The notes below the pieces were generated by a model that saw only the letters and a program-made list of their open reading frames with translations, was not told the DNA's origin and ran no database searches. A stretch of 64,000 bases of DNA, taken from Aquificota bacterium (GTDB lineage Bacteria; Aquificota; Aquificia; Desulfurobacteriales; DQVG01). Within the stretch, counting starts at the first letter, position 1; every line of letters starts with the position of its first letter. Of this stretch, positions 17,883 to 29,180 are shown one piece after another. Made by a program: the position numbers and the translations under genes. The DNA lies in contig JAMOTM010000043.1 of NCBI GenBank assembly GCA_027002265.1, positions 14,458-78,457 on the forward strand. Reading direction: 5' to 3'.

Positions 17883-18656
17883 TTGATAAACTATATTCAT
17901 TTTCTTGGTTCAGGTGGAAGTAGATATGTAGTTTTTGATCTTTTAAGAAAAGCTGGAGGAGTTCAGTTTCGTTTTGAAAACATTGTTTTTCATGTAGATC
18001 CAGGTCCCTGTGCTCTTTATATGGCTATAAATTTTGGAATTCGTCCAAAAGATTTAGATTTAATTTTTCTTTCTCATATTCATCTTGATCACTCTGCAGA
18101 AATTAACTCGATTTTAGAAAGTATGACTACTGGAGGTAGAAAGAAAAAAGGAATTTTATTTGCTCCAAAGGAAGCTCTTGAAGGAGAAAGCAGGGTAGTT
18201 TTACCTTATACTCAAAGTCATATGGAAAAAATTTTTACTTTAAAAGAAGGCTTTGAATATGAATATAAAAAAGGGTTAAATACTTTAAAGGTAGTTACTC
18301 CTATAAGACATGATCATGGAGTTGAAACTTATGGTTTTTTATTTTTTTATAAAAATTTAAAAATTGGATGGATAACAGATACTCGTTATTTTGAAGATTT
18401 AAAATATGCTTATAAAGAAGCTAAGGATATTTTAATTTTAAATGTTATTGCAAAAAAGAAATATTATGATGTAGATCATTTATTTGGAAAAGATGCTCTT
18501 GAACTTATCTCCTATATAAAGCCAAAACTTGCTATAATAACTCATCTTGGGAAAAGTTTAATAAAAGAAGGTCCCGAAAAGTTTGCAAGGGAGCTTTCGG
18601 AAAAAACAAAAGTGAAGGTGATATCTGCTTATGACAATTTAAAAATTCCTTTATGA
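17883..18656 (+). CDS. MBL-fold metallo-hydrolase
   Basis: 'LSHIHLDHS' HxHxDH motif. AGGAG RBS before the TTG start. Confidence 0.7.
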   Translation: MINYIHFLGSGGSRYVVFDLLRKAGGVQFRFENIVFHVDPGPCALYMAINFGIRPKDLDLIFLSHIHLDHSAEINSILESMTTGGRKKKGILFAPKEALEGESRVVLPYTQSHMEKIFTLKEGFEYEYKKGLNTLKVVTPIRHDHGVETYGFLFFYKNLKIGWITDTRYFEDLKYAYKEAKDILILNVIAKKKYYDVDHLFGKDALELISYIKPKLAIITHLGKSLIKEGPEKFARELSEKTKVKVISAYDNLKIPL

Positions 18657-18666
18657 AAAAGAAAAA

Positions 18667-20826
18667 ATGAAGACTATAAAAATTAAATATCCAAAACTTA
18701 TAAAGATAAAGATATTTTTTCTTATTTTTTTATTTTTAGTAAGCACCTTAATTTTACTTTATCATTATTTTATCTCAACATATAAAAGTGTTCACAGTTT
18801 AGACTATGAACTAAAAAAGCTTGAGCTTGTCTTAGCCTTAAATAAAATTGTAGATGATTTAATAAAAGAAAGATATTATCTTTTACAAAATCCTAAATAT
18901 TACAATATTCAAGTAAATATAACTAATAGGGATGTAAGTAATTTCTATGCTTTAAAAAGAAAATATAATATTTATAATTTTCCAAATTTTAATTTAAAAG
19001 AAGAAATTAAATTAGCTAGAACTTCAAAGGATATAAATACCTACTCAAAACTTATCGAAAATCTTTCAAAAATTTTTTTATCTTCAATGTTATCTATAAA
19101 TTATCCAGATTTATCTTCTTTATATATGTTTATATACTTATCTTCTTTGTATAAAAACTACCTATACTTAGAGGAAATGTATCTATCTTCTAAGTATAAA
19201 CTTTATAAAGAGCCTCCTTATAAAATAATAAAAAATTTACGTCTTCAAAAATATAATGAAATTAGGCTATTACTTCAAAAGGATAAGGTAGACATTGAAA
19301 AAAATTTAATTTCTTTTGAAAATTTTAGGAAAAACATAAATTTTGAAAGTTTAGTGGATATTTCAAATATTTATGAGAGCTATATTAAACTTTGGAGTAG
19401 ATTTGAAAAAATATATATTTCTAATAAATTAAATAAAATTAAAATAAAAATTTATAGAACAAAAGTTACTTTTTATGAACTTCTTATTTTTACTAGTTTT
19501 ATTTTTATAATAATTTTACTTTCGGCTCGAAGATTTTATAATGAAATAGCTAATTTACTTAATCAAATAAATAAAATTTATAAAAATATCTCCCAAAATT
19601 CCTTTGGTACCCGCCTTACAGTAGAAAGGAAAAATGAACTTGGAGAGATATCAAGCTATATTAATCTTATTTTAGATATTTTAGAGAAATCTTTAAATGA
19701 ATTAAAACTTACGGTAGCTCATGAAGAGGCTTTTGCAAAAATAATATCTCATGAGATTAAAAATTTTTTAAGTGGAATATATTTTGCTTTAGAAAAATTG
19801 AAAAATTCTAATTTATCTAAGGAAGATAGAAAAATTTTAGAAGATACTTTGAAAAGTTTAACTATAATAAAACTTCTTTTAGAAGATCTAACGGATCTAT
19901 CTCAAATAAGAAAAAGAAAAATTATTTTAGAGGAAAAAATTATTAATTTAAAAGAACTTTTCGAAAATGTAGTAAATATAATTCTTTATAGAAAAAAACC
20001 TTCTGTGGAATTTGAAATAGATTTTGAAAATATTGATAATTATTATTTGGTAGATCCAAAAAGACTTTCTCAAATAATTATTAATCTATTATCTAATGCT
20101 TTTAAGTATACTCAAAAAGGAAAAGTTAGGTTGAAAGTTTTTATTGAACCAAAGGATAAAAATATAGATATTTTAAATATCTGCGTAGAAGATACTGGAG
20201 TAGGTATTCCAGATAAAGATAAAGATAATATTTTTCATCTCTTTTCTCGAACAAGTTTGACAAAAAATATAGAAGGTACTGGTATAGGTTTATACATTGT
20301 AAAAAATATTGTTGAAGCCTTAAATGGAAGTATTGAATTTGAAAGTAAGGAAAATAAAGGAACTTGTTTTAAGGTTAAGATCCCTATAAAGAAAGTAGAT
20401 GAAAAGGAGCTAAATAAAAGTTTAAAAAAGGTTAGAAAGGAAACTAAACCTTCTTTAAAAGATATTAATCTTCTTGTTGTAGATGATATTGCCTTAAATC
20501 GAGAACTTATAAAACTTCTTGCGAAGGGTTTAGGTATAAAAAATATTTTTGAAGCTTACAGCAAAGAAAGTTTTTTAGAAGCTTTAAAAAATAATAAAAT
20601 AGATGTAATTTTTTTAGATTATCATCTTCCCCCTTATGAAGCTTCCCAAATTTTAAAAGAAAAGGAAGTTTTAAATTATTTAGAAAAGTACAAACCCAAA
20701 ATATATATTTTAAGTGGAGAAGGACTTACAAATGAAAAACTAAAAGATATTGAAAATTTAATAGATGGCATTTTGGAAAAGCCTATAAGAGCGGAAGATT
20801 TAAAAAGAGTTATGGAAAATATATAA
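18667..20826 (+). CDS. hybrid sensor histidine kinase / response regulator
   Basis: Two TM helices flank a ~250-aa extracytoplasmic region. HAMP-like segment, H-box 'SHEIKNFL', HATPase N/G boxes ('NLLSNAFKYT', 'GTGIGL') and C-terminal REC ('LVVDD...FLDYHLP'). Confidence 0.85.
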   Translation: MKTIKIKYPKLIKIKIFFLIFLFLVSTLILLYHYFISTYKSVHSLDYELKKLELVLALNKIVDDLIKERYYLLQNPKYYNIQVNITNRDVSNFYALKRKYNIYNFPNFNLKEEIKLARTSKDINTYSKLIENLSKIFLSSMLSINYPDLSSLYMFIYLSSLYKNYLYLEEMYLSSKYKLYKEPPYKIIKNLRLQKYNEIRLLLQKDKVDIEKNLISFENFRKNINFESLVDISNIYESYIKLWSRFEKIYISNKLNKIKIKIYRTKVTFYELLIFTSFIFIIILLSARRFYNEIANLLNQINKIYKNISQNSFGTRLTVERKNELGEISSYINLILDILEKSLNELKLTVAHEEAFAKIISHEIKNFLSGIYFALEKLKNSNLSKEDRKILEDTLKSLTIIKLLLEDLTDLSQIRKRKIILEEKIINLKELFENVVNIILYRKKPSVEFEIDFENIDNYYLVDPKRLSQIIINLLSNAFKYTQKGKVRLKVFIEPKDKNIDILNICVEDTGVGIPDKDKDNIFHLFSRTSLTKNIEGTGIGLYIVKNIVEALNGSIEFESKENKGTCFKVKIPIKKVDEKELNKSLKKVRKETKPSLKDINLLVVDDIALNRELIKLLAKGLGIKNIFEAYSKESFLEALKNNKIDVIFLDYHLPPYEASQILKEKEVLNYLEKYKPKIYILSGEGLTNEKLKDIENLIDGILEKPIRAEDLKRVMENI

Positions 20827-20832
20827 AGTAAA

Positions 20833-20859
20833 GCTTCGCCCAAAAAATAAGGGCGAAGC
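20833..20859. terminator. hairpin GCTTCGCCC-N9-GGGCGAAGC between the convergent kinase gene and rpmB
   Basis: Perfect 9-bp stem read directly. Confidence 0.5.
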
Positions 20860-20862
20860 CTA

Positions 20863-21057
20863 TTATCTTACAGCTTTTAATACTTTTCCAGCTTTTAAAC
20901 ACTTAGTACATACCCAAATTCTTTTAACTTTTCCATCTACAACAGCTCTAACTTTTTGTAAATTTGGTTTGAATTTTCTTGAAGATACTCTATGAGAATG
21001 GGATATTTGTCTTCCGATTTTCACACTTTTTCCACATATTTCACATTTTTTAGACAT
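20863..21057 (-). CDS. rpmB: 50S ribosomal protein L28
   Basis: 'CEICGK...GRQISHSHRVSSRKFKPNLQK' is canonical L28. Confidence 0.95.
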   Translation of the reverse strand: MSKKCEICGKSVKIGRQISHSHRVSSRKFKPNLQKVRAVVDGKVKRIWVCTKCLKAGKVLKAVR

Positions 21058-21122
21058 TTTTTACCTCCTTATTATAAAAGGTGGAGGTAATTATATCACA
21101 ATCTATTTTTATTTTTTTATTT

Positions 21123-22202
21123 TTAAGTATTTCTACGTAACCTTCTATACTTTTGAAGTCTTCCAAGAATTTTAGCAACAGCTCGGTAAAGTTCAACTGG
21201 AATAGGTTCATTTATATCTACGGAGTGATAAAGAGTTCTTGCTAAAACAGGTTCTCTAAAAATTGGAATTCTATGTTTTTTTGCTTCTTCAATGATAAGT
21301 TTAGCCATTCTATCTACTCCTTTAGCTACAACAATAGGAGCGGTATCTTGAGGGGGTTTATATCTTAAAGCTACGGCATAGTGAGTAGGATTTGTAATTA
21401 CAACATCAGCTTCTTTGACTCTTTTTATCATTTTTCTACGATTGAAAATTTCTATCATTTTCCTTCTAATTCTCTTTTTAATTTCAGGATTTCCCTCTAC
21501 AGCTTTCATTTCCTCTTTCACTTCTTGTTTTGTCATTTTTAAACTCTCAAGATATCTCCATCTTTGAAAATAATAATCTGCAAGTCCTAGGGGAATAGAT
21601 ATTAAAAATGCAAAAAAGAGCATTTTTATAATAAATATAGCTATAAACTTATCTAAATTCTCTGGAGGAGACACGCTAAAGGAAAGTATTTCATAAAAAT
21701 ATCCTTTAAAAATGTAAAGTAAAATTGCACCTACAACTATAAATTTAAAAATGCTTTTTAAAAGCTCAAAATAAAAAGTAACTTCAAAAAATCTTTTAAA
21801 AAAATTTATAAGTCCTGTTATTGGATTGATTCTTGAAAAATTAAATCCAAGGGGAGCTGTGGTAAATAAAAATCCAACTTGAATAAAGTTTATAGTAAGA
21901 CCAACTACTAAAAAGGTTAAAAGAGGCGGTATTAAAAGAAGCATTATTATTTTAATTAAAGTATTTGCTAAATTAAAGAAATTTTCAAAGTTTAATGAAA
22001 AACCTTGGGAAATTAAGTTAAAAATATAAAAAAATAGCTCTTCTAATTTTCTTTTTGCAAAAGGAAAGTAATATATGAAAAATATAAAAGCTGCTAGAAA
22101 AGTTCCAAGAATTGGTAAATCTTGACTTCTTGCTACATTACCTTGAGCTCTGGCTTTAGCAATCCGCCGCGGCGTGGGTTTTTCAGTTTTATTTTCAGCC
22201 AT
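21123..22202 (-). CDS. flhB: flagellar export apparatus protein FlhB (T3SS EscU/YscU family)
   Basis: N-terminal 'EKPTPRRIAKARAQGNVARSQDL', four TM helices and the 'NPTHYAVAL' autocleavage motif. Confidence 0.85.
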   Translation of the reverse strand: MAENKTEKPTPRRIAKARAQGNVARSQDLPILGTFLAAFIFFIYYFPFAKRKLEELFFYIFNLISQGFSLNFENFFNLANTLIKIIMLLLIPPLLTFLVVGLTINFIQVGFLFTTAPLGFNFSRINPITGLINFFKRFFEVTFYFELLKSIFKFIVVGAILLYIFKGYFYEILSFSVSPPENLDKFIAIFIIKMLFFAFLISIPLGLADYYFQRWRYLESLKMTKQEVKEEMKAVEGNPEIKKRIRRKMIEIFNRRKMIKRVKEADVVITNPTHYAVALRYKPPQDTAPIVVAKGVDRMAKLIIEEAKKHRIPIFREPVLARTLYHSVDINEPIPVELYRAVAKILGRLQKYRRLRRNT

Positions 22203-22216
22203 CTAAAAGCTCACAT

Positions 22217-23639
<1,423 letters not shown>

Positions 23640-23682
23640 AATTTTTCCTCCTAAATTTTTTAAGTAAAATTATAAATCAATA

Positions 23683-24429
23683 TCAAACACTTCCCATAAG
23701 GTTCCCAAAGATTAAAACCCGCTCTCCTATTTCAATTTCATCTGTTTTAGAAAGTTGAAAGGCTTTTAATTGATATTTATCTATTTCAAGATCTAAAATA
23801 ATAATATCTTCTTTTAAGGTTATATTTTTTACTATCCCAACAAATTCGTAGTATGCTTTATTTATATATTTAAAGTAAGTTTGAAAAAGTTTATAAGGTT
23901 TAGTTTTATAAAATCTTAAAACTTTATAAGCTTCTTCTTTTAAAAGCTCTTCAAGTTTTTCAATAGCTCGGTAATTTCCTTGAGATGCTAAATCTATAAG
24001 CTCTTTATTATCTTCTAACAGAAAATCTATTTTTGAGAGAATAGGGAGTTTTACAAGTTTTTTAATTTCTATGCTTAAGTTTATATCCATAATCTCATTT
24101 TTCTTAAGTTTATCTTGAACTTTGCCGAAATTTACGAAATAAAAATAAAGAGTTTTTGCATTTTCTATTTCTAGGGCTTCTACTAATGGAGAAAAATCAT
24201 TTATATTTTTGGCTAAAAAGGTAATATCTTCAAATCCGTATTTATAGCTATCTTTTAAAGATGTATATTTTCCTAGAAATAGGGTTTTGGGTTTAGGGGA
24301 AAAAATGCTTTTAGAATATTTTTTCAGGTAGTAATTACATGAAACAAACAAATTATCTTCTTTACACTCTGAAATTAGCTCTTCCCCAATATCTAATATA
24401 TCATCTAAAATATCTATTTTGTATATCAC
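23683..24429 (-). CDS. hypothetical protein, 248 aa
   Basis: Clean ORF between phoU and the ndk terminator. No recognisable motifs. Confidence 0.5.
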   Translation of the reverse strand: MIYKIDILDDILDIGEELISECKEDNLFVSCNYYLKKYSKSIFSPKPKTLFLGKYTSLKDSYKYGFEDITFLAKNINDFSPLVEALEIENAKTLYFYFVNFGKVQDKLKKNEIMDINLSIEIKKLVKLPILSKIDFLLEDNKELIDLASQGNYRAIEKLEELLKEEAYKVLRFYKTKPYKLFQTYFKYINKAYYEFVGIVKNITLKEDIIILDLEIDKYQLKAFQLSKTDEIEIGERVLIFGNLMGSV

Positions 24430-24439
24430 TTTATTTCCA

Positions 24440-24474
24440 AAATAAAAATCTAAAAATTGGGGGAGTATCCCCCC
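24440..24474 (-). terminator. intrinsic terminator after ndk (GGGGGA-GTA-TCCCCC hairpin)
   Basis: 6-bp G/C stem at 24459-24473. On the minus strand it is followed by AATTTTTAGATTTTTATTTT. Confidence 0.5.
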
Positions 24475-24497
24475 TAAAAATTTTAATATAAGTTATT

Positions 24498-24920
24498 TTA
24501 ACCCACAATTTCAAGTTGAGAGAAGAAAAATGGAATTTCTACTTTTGCAGATTCTGGGGAATCTGAAGCATGAACAGCGTTTTTTCCTACATCTGTTCCA
24601 TAGAGTTTTCTAATAGTTCCTTCCGCAGCTTTAGCTGGATCGGTAGCACCTATAATTTCTCTAACATAAGAAATAGCATTCTCTCCTTCTAAAACCATAG
24701 CTACAACTGGTCCTGAGCTCATAAAGTCTGTAAGTTCATCATAGAAAGGTCTATCTTTATGAACAATATAAAATTTTTTTGCATCTTCCTTGGTAAGCTT
24801 TGTCATTTTTAAGGCTTTGAGCTTTAATCCCTTTTCCTGAAAAATTCTAATAATATCTCCCACTGCGTTTTTACTTACAGCATCTGGCTTAATAATTACT
24901 AGAGTTTGTTCTATTGCCAT
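24498..24920 (-). CDS. ndk: nucleoside diphosphate kinase
   Basis: 'EQTLVIIKPDAV' and 'NAVHASDS' active-site His motif. Confidence 0.95.
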   Translation of the reverse strand: MAIEQTLVIIKPDAVSKNAVGDIIRIFQEKGLKLKALKMTKLTKEDAKKFYIVHKDRPFYDELTDFMSSGPVVAMVLEGENAISYVREIIGATDPAKAAEGTIRKLYGTDVGKNAVHASDSPESAKVEIPFFFSQLEIVG

Positions 24921-24943
24921 CTTAATATCCTCCTAACAATTTT

Positions 24944-26572
24944 TTATTCCCATTCTATTGTTCCCGGGGGTTTTGAAGTTATATCATATACTACTCTATT
25001 TACACCCTTAACTTCATTTACTATTCTATTTGCTATTCTTTCTAAGACTTCATACGGAAGTTTTACCCAATCTGCTGTCATTCCATCTGTACTTTCAACA
25101 GCTCTTACAGCAATTACATATTCATATGTTCTTTCGTCTCCCATAACTCCAACGGTTTTTATAGGTAAAAATACCGCAAAAGCTTGCCAAATATCTTTAT
25201 AGAGATTTGCTTTTTTTATTTCTTCTAAAACAATGGCATCTGCTTCTCTTAATATATCTAAATATTCTTTTTTTACTTCTCCTAAAATTCTAATTGCAAG
25301 TCCAGGTCCTGGAAACGGATGACGATAAATAATTTCATCTGGAAGACCAAGAAGTTTTCCTATTTTTCTCACTTCATCTTTAAAAAGTTCTCTTAAAGGT
25401 TCTATAAGCTTGAACTTAAGTTTTTCTGGAAGTCCGCCTACATTATGATGGGTTTTTATAGTTACAGAAGGCCCTTTTACAGATACACTTTCTATAACAT
25501 CTGGATACAAAGTTCCTTGAGCTAAAAACTCAAAATCTTCTGGAAGTTCATTTTCATCTTTATGTTTTAAATCTTCTTCGGTAATTTTCACTTTTCCACC
25601 TTGCTTTAATATAGATGGAATATGATGAACTACATACTCAAAAACATCTATGAAGGTATGACCTATTATTTTTCTTTTTTTCTCAGGATCTACTATACCT
25701 TTAAGTCTATTTAGGAAAACTTCGGAGGCATCTACTGTAATAAAGTTTTTCATATTTAGTTTTTCTTTAAAGGTTTTTTCTACAGATTCTCTTTCTCCTT
25801 TTCTTAAAAGACCTGTATCTACAAATACGGGATAAAGTTTATCTCCAATAGCTTTATGTAAGAGAGCTGCTACTACAGAAGAGTCAACTCCTCCAGATAA
25901 AGCACAAATAACTTTTTTGTCTTTAACTATATCTCTAATTTTCTTAATTTCATACTCAATAAAATTTTCTGGCGTCCAAAGTTTTTCGGCTTTAGCAATT
26001 TTTGTAGCAAAGTTTTCTAAAATAATATCTCCATAAGTACTATGTTTTACTTCAGGATGAAATTGTAAAGCATATATAGGTAGATTTTTATGTCTTATAG
26101 CTGCAAAAGGAGCATTTTCAGTATAACCCAAAACTATAAAGTCTTTAGGAAGTTCTTCAAGTTTATCTCCATGAGACATCCAAACTTGAAATTCTTTTGG
26201 AAGATTTTCAAAAAGTAAATCTTTTTCTTTCACCTTTAAAATAGCTTTTCCATATTCTCTTTTTTCTGCTTTTCCTACTTTTCCACCAAAATAATCTGCT
26301 ACTATTTGCATTCCATAGCATATTCCTAAAATTGGAACTCCAAGCTCAAAAATTTTATAATCTGGTTTTGGAGCATTTTCCATATAAATGGAATATGGGG
26401 AACCAGATAAAATTATTCCGTTTGGATTAAATTCTTTTATTTTTTCTATAGGCATATTAAAGGGATGAATTTCACAGTAAATATTTTTTTCTCTAAGTCT
26501 TCTAGCTATAAGTTGAGTATATTGGGAACCAAAATCTAATATCAGTATCTTAGAAGAATGTATATCTTTCAT
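24944..26572 (-). CDS. guaA: GMP synthase (glutamine-hydrolysing)
   Basis: GATase 'GICYGMQ', PP-loop 'SGGVDSSV' and C-terminal 'KPPGTIEWE'. Confidence 0.95.
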   Translation of the reverse strand: MKDIHSSKILILDFGSQYTQLIARRLREKNIYCEIHPFNMPIEKIKEFNPNGIILSGSPYSIYMENAPKPDYKIFELGVPILGICYGMQIVADYFGGKVGKAEKREYGKAILKVKEKDLLFENLPKEFQVWMSHGDKLEELPKDFIVLGYTENAPFAAIRHKNLPIYALQFHPEVKHSTYGDIILENFATKIAKAEKLWTPENFIEYEIKKIRDIVKDKKVICALSGGVDSSVVAALLHKAIGDKLYPVFVDTGLLRKGERESVEKTFKEKLNMKNFITVDASEVFLNRLKGIVDPEKKRKIIGHTFIDVFEYVVHHIPSILKQGGKVKITEEDLKHKDENELPEDFEFLAQGTLYPDVIESVSVKGPSVTIKTHHNVGGLPEKLKFKLIEPLRELFKDEVRKIGKLLGLPDEIIYRHPFPGPGLAIRILGEVKKEYLDILREADAIVLEEIKKANLYKDIWQAFAVFLPIKTVGVMGDERTYEYVIAVRAVESTDGMTADWVKLPYEVLERIANRIVNEVKGVNRVVYDITSKPPGTIEWE

Positions 26573-26695
26573 TCGTTTTAACCTCTTTTTTTTGAGGGTA
26601 ATTTTATCAAAAATGAAATAAAAACAATAACTTAAAAATTCTAAAAGAAGCTCAAGTAAGATTTAAAAATTATTGGATGGAAAAATAAAGAAAAA

Positions 26696-26787
<92 letters not shown>

Positions 26788-26793
26788 AAAAAA

Positions 26794-26886
26794 TGGCGGA
26801 GGGACTGGGATTCGAACCCAGGGGCGGGCGACTAACCCGCCAGGTGATTTCAAATCACCCGCCTTCGACCGCTCGGCCATCCCTCC
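26794..26886 (-). tRNA. tRNA-Ser (anticodon UGA), CCA encoded
   Basis: Acceptor GGAGGGA/TCCCTCC, anticodon loop TTTGAAA, long variable arm, T-loop TTCGAAT. Sits 6 nt from the other tRNA-Ser. Confidence 0.9.
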
Positions 26887-26893
26887 GCGAATA

Positions 26894-26921
26894 ATTATAT
26901 TATTTTTTCATTGTAAGTCAA
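26894..26921 (-). promoter_or_regulatory. candidate sigma70-type promoter for the tandem tRNA-Ser genes (TTGACT-16-TATAAT)
   Basis: The minus strand reads TTGACT, then 16 nt, then TATAAT. The -10 ends 7 nt before the mature 5' end of tRNA-Ser(UGA) at 26886. Confidence 0.45.
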
Positions 26922-27066
26922 GAATTAAAATTATTTATTCCCCAAATAGATACGCAGATATTACCCAGTTTAATAATGTAAAGAAAAAAATTATCCTTCT
27001 AAAATATTAAATTGGCACGGAGAAAAAATTAAAGAAGTAGTTCTAAAAAGAAGGATAGTATTAATA

Positions 27067-28371
27067 ATTTCTATACCGTAACGGTTTAAAGTAGAAGAAA
27101 AACAAGATATAGCAAGAAGATTGAAAGATTAGTTTCCATACCGTAACGGTCTTATTTAAAGGAGAAATATATCACAGATTACGAAATTATTAGTAGAGAG
27201 TTTCCATACCGTAACGGTCTTATTTAAAGAGGATTTTCGTTAATCCTGAATTCAACTGTCTTTACAGTTTCCATACCGTAACGGTCTTATTTAAAGGAAT
27301 AATATGCTTTATTATCATTTGTAATAAAAATACGAGTTTCCATACCGTAACGGTCTTATTTAAAGAACATTAGAAAAAAATAAAAGTAAGGGGGTAAGAA
27401 AGTTTCCATACCGTAACGGTCTTATTTAAAGATATAGGAATAGTTGTTTTGGTTGTAGGATTGATTTAGTTTCCATACCGTAACGGTCTTATTTAAAGGA
27501 CAGCAATGCTTATTTGTTCTTCCCTAAAAGAATTTGTTTCCATACCGTAACGGTCTTATTTAAAGGAGAAATATATCACAGATTACGAAATTATTAGTAG
27601 AGAGTTTCCATACCGTAACGGTCTTATTTAAAGCTTGCATATTTCCTTACCAAAGCATCAATTCCCAATTCGTTTCCATACCGTAACGGTCTTATTTAAA
27701 GGAGAAATATATCACAGATTACGAAATTATTAGTAGAGAGTTTCCATACCGTAACGGTCTTATTTAAAGTTATGAAGTTGTTGTTGTGATACAGAAGAGA
27801 TTGTTGTTTCCATACCGTAACGGTCTTATTTAAAGGGAAATCAATTATTTTATAAATAATTCTCCAGATAGAGTTTCCATACCGTAACGGTCTTATTTAA
27901 AGAAGTAATAAAAACTGAAAAGGGGGTGTGAAATGTTTGTTTCCATACCGTAACGGTCTTATTTAAAGGTTGGGGGGCTATGAGGAACTCAGATTACACT
28001 TTTAAAGTTTCCATACCGTAACGGTCTTATTTAAAGTTTGAAAATGAACGAATAAAATTGAAGTGGTTGTTGAAGGTTTCCATACCGTAACGGTCTTATT
28101 TAAAGTTTATTAAATTTCCATTTATACTTATTGCTAAAGTTAAGTTTCCATACCGTAACGGTCTTATTTAAAGAACTTTAATATACGCTTGTGCAAGAAA
28201 ATCATTATTGTTTCCATACCGTAACGGTCTTATTTAAAGAATGAGATAAATTTGCAATAAAATGAGTTTATCAACGTTTCCATACCGTAACGGTCTTATT
28301 TAAAGTGAAGAGAATATTTTAGAAATTGAAATGAAATAAAAGTTTCCATACCGTAACGGTCTTATTTAAAG
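27067..28371 (-). CRISPR. CRISPR array: 19 identical 30-nt repeats, one degenerate terminal repeat (27067-27091) and 19 spacers of 36-40 nt
   Basis: Plus-strand repeat GTTTCCATACCGTAACGGTCTTATTTAAAG was read at 19 positions. On the minus strand it ends ...TATGGAAAC. The degenerate repeat is at the left end and the promoter-bearing AT-rich leader at the right, so minus-strand transcription is inferred. Confidence 0.95.
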
Positions 28372-28451
28372 GAGAGAGCTAAAATCTTGAAGGCCAACGG
28401 TATTCGTAATGTCAAAAATCAAAAAACAGCTTCAAAGGCCACTTAAATTTA

Positions 28452-28479
28452 ATTATATGTAATAATTTTCTTTTGTCAA
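28452..28479 (-). promoter_or_regulatory. candidate CRISPR leader promoter (TTGACA-16-TATAAT)
   Basis: The minus strand reads TTGACA (28479-28474), 16 nt, then TATAAT (28457-28452). It points into the array, about 80 nt upstream of the first repeat. Confidence 0.45.
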
Positions 28480-29180
28480 GTAAATTAATAACTGTTAAGA
28501 AAAAATTTTGTTATTTTTATGTAATATATCTTTTATTTTAGTGTCTATATTCGTATATATTTTTAATTTATTACCTAATATTTGAAAATTAAATTCTTTT
28601 TACAGTTTTGTCAAAGGGGTTCGGGATAATTTTTGTGTTTATTTACTCTAAATAACTCTTATAAATAAAGAAAATGTCTTTTGTTATCCAAAATATATTT
28701 TTTTTAATTATCTGCAAATATAGCAGAATTATGTTATGAACTTGAAGTAATTTACTTTATTCTTTTATTTATGTTCATAGTCTAAACTAAAAAGTATCAG
28801 CTTTTAGAGTATTACTAAAAAAAATTTTTTAAATTTTTTAATCTATCCAAAAAGTAATTATAAATAGAATTTATAGTTTCTATAAGTTATTTAAATTAAT
28901 TTTGTTTATATGTTCACAACAGAAAAAATATAGAAATATATGAGTATTTAAATATAAAACAAAATATTAAATTTTATCAAATAAAATTTTAAATATTTAG
29001 ATACCTTTGGTTGTTTAATTTTTTTAATGATAATCTTTAAAAGTTTGAAAATAAAGTTTTTAAGAATAGGAATTTTTGAGATTTTCCTCGCATTTTGTTT
29101 AGTATTATTAATTAACTTGGAAATTTTTAAGAAAAGAATTAATATTAAAAGTAGAATATAAATCTTGGAGGGATTTTTGT

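Noticed and set aside
28387-28411. Possible additional decayed repeat (TTGAAGGCCAACGGTATTCGTAATG) just beyond the last intact repeat, on the leader side
   Set aside because: Only the AACGGT core and a few flanking bases match. The intervening 'spacer' would be only about 15-20 nt. This is treated as leader sequence, although it slightly weakens the orientation argument based on the degenerate repeat.
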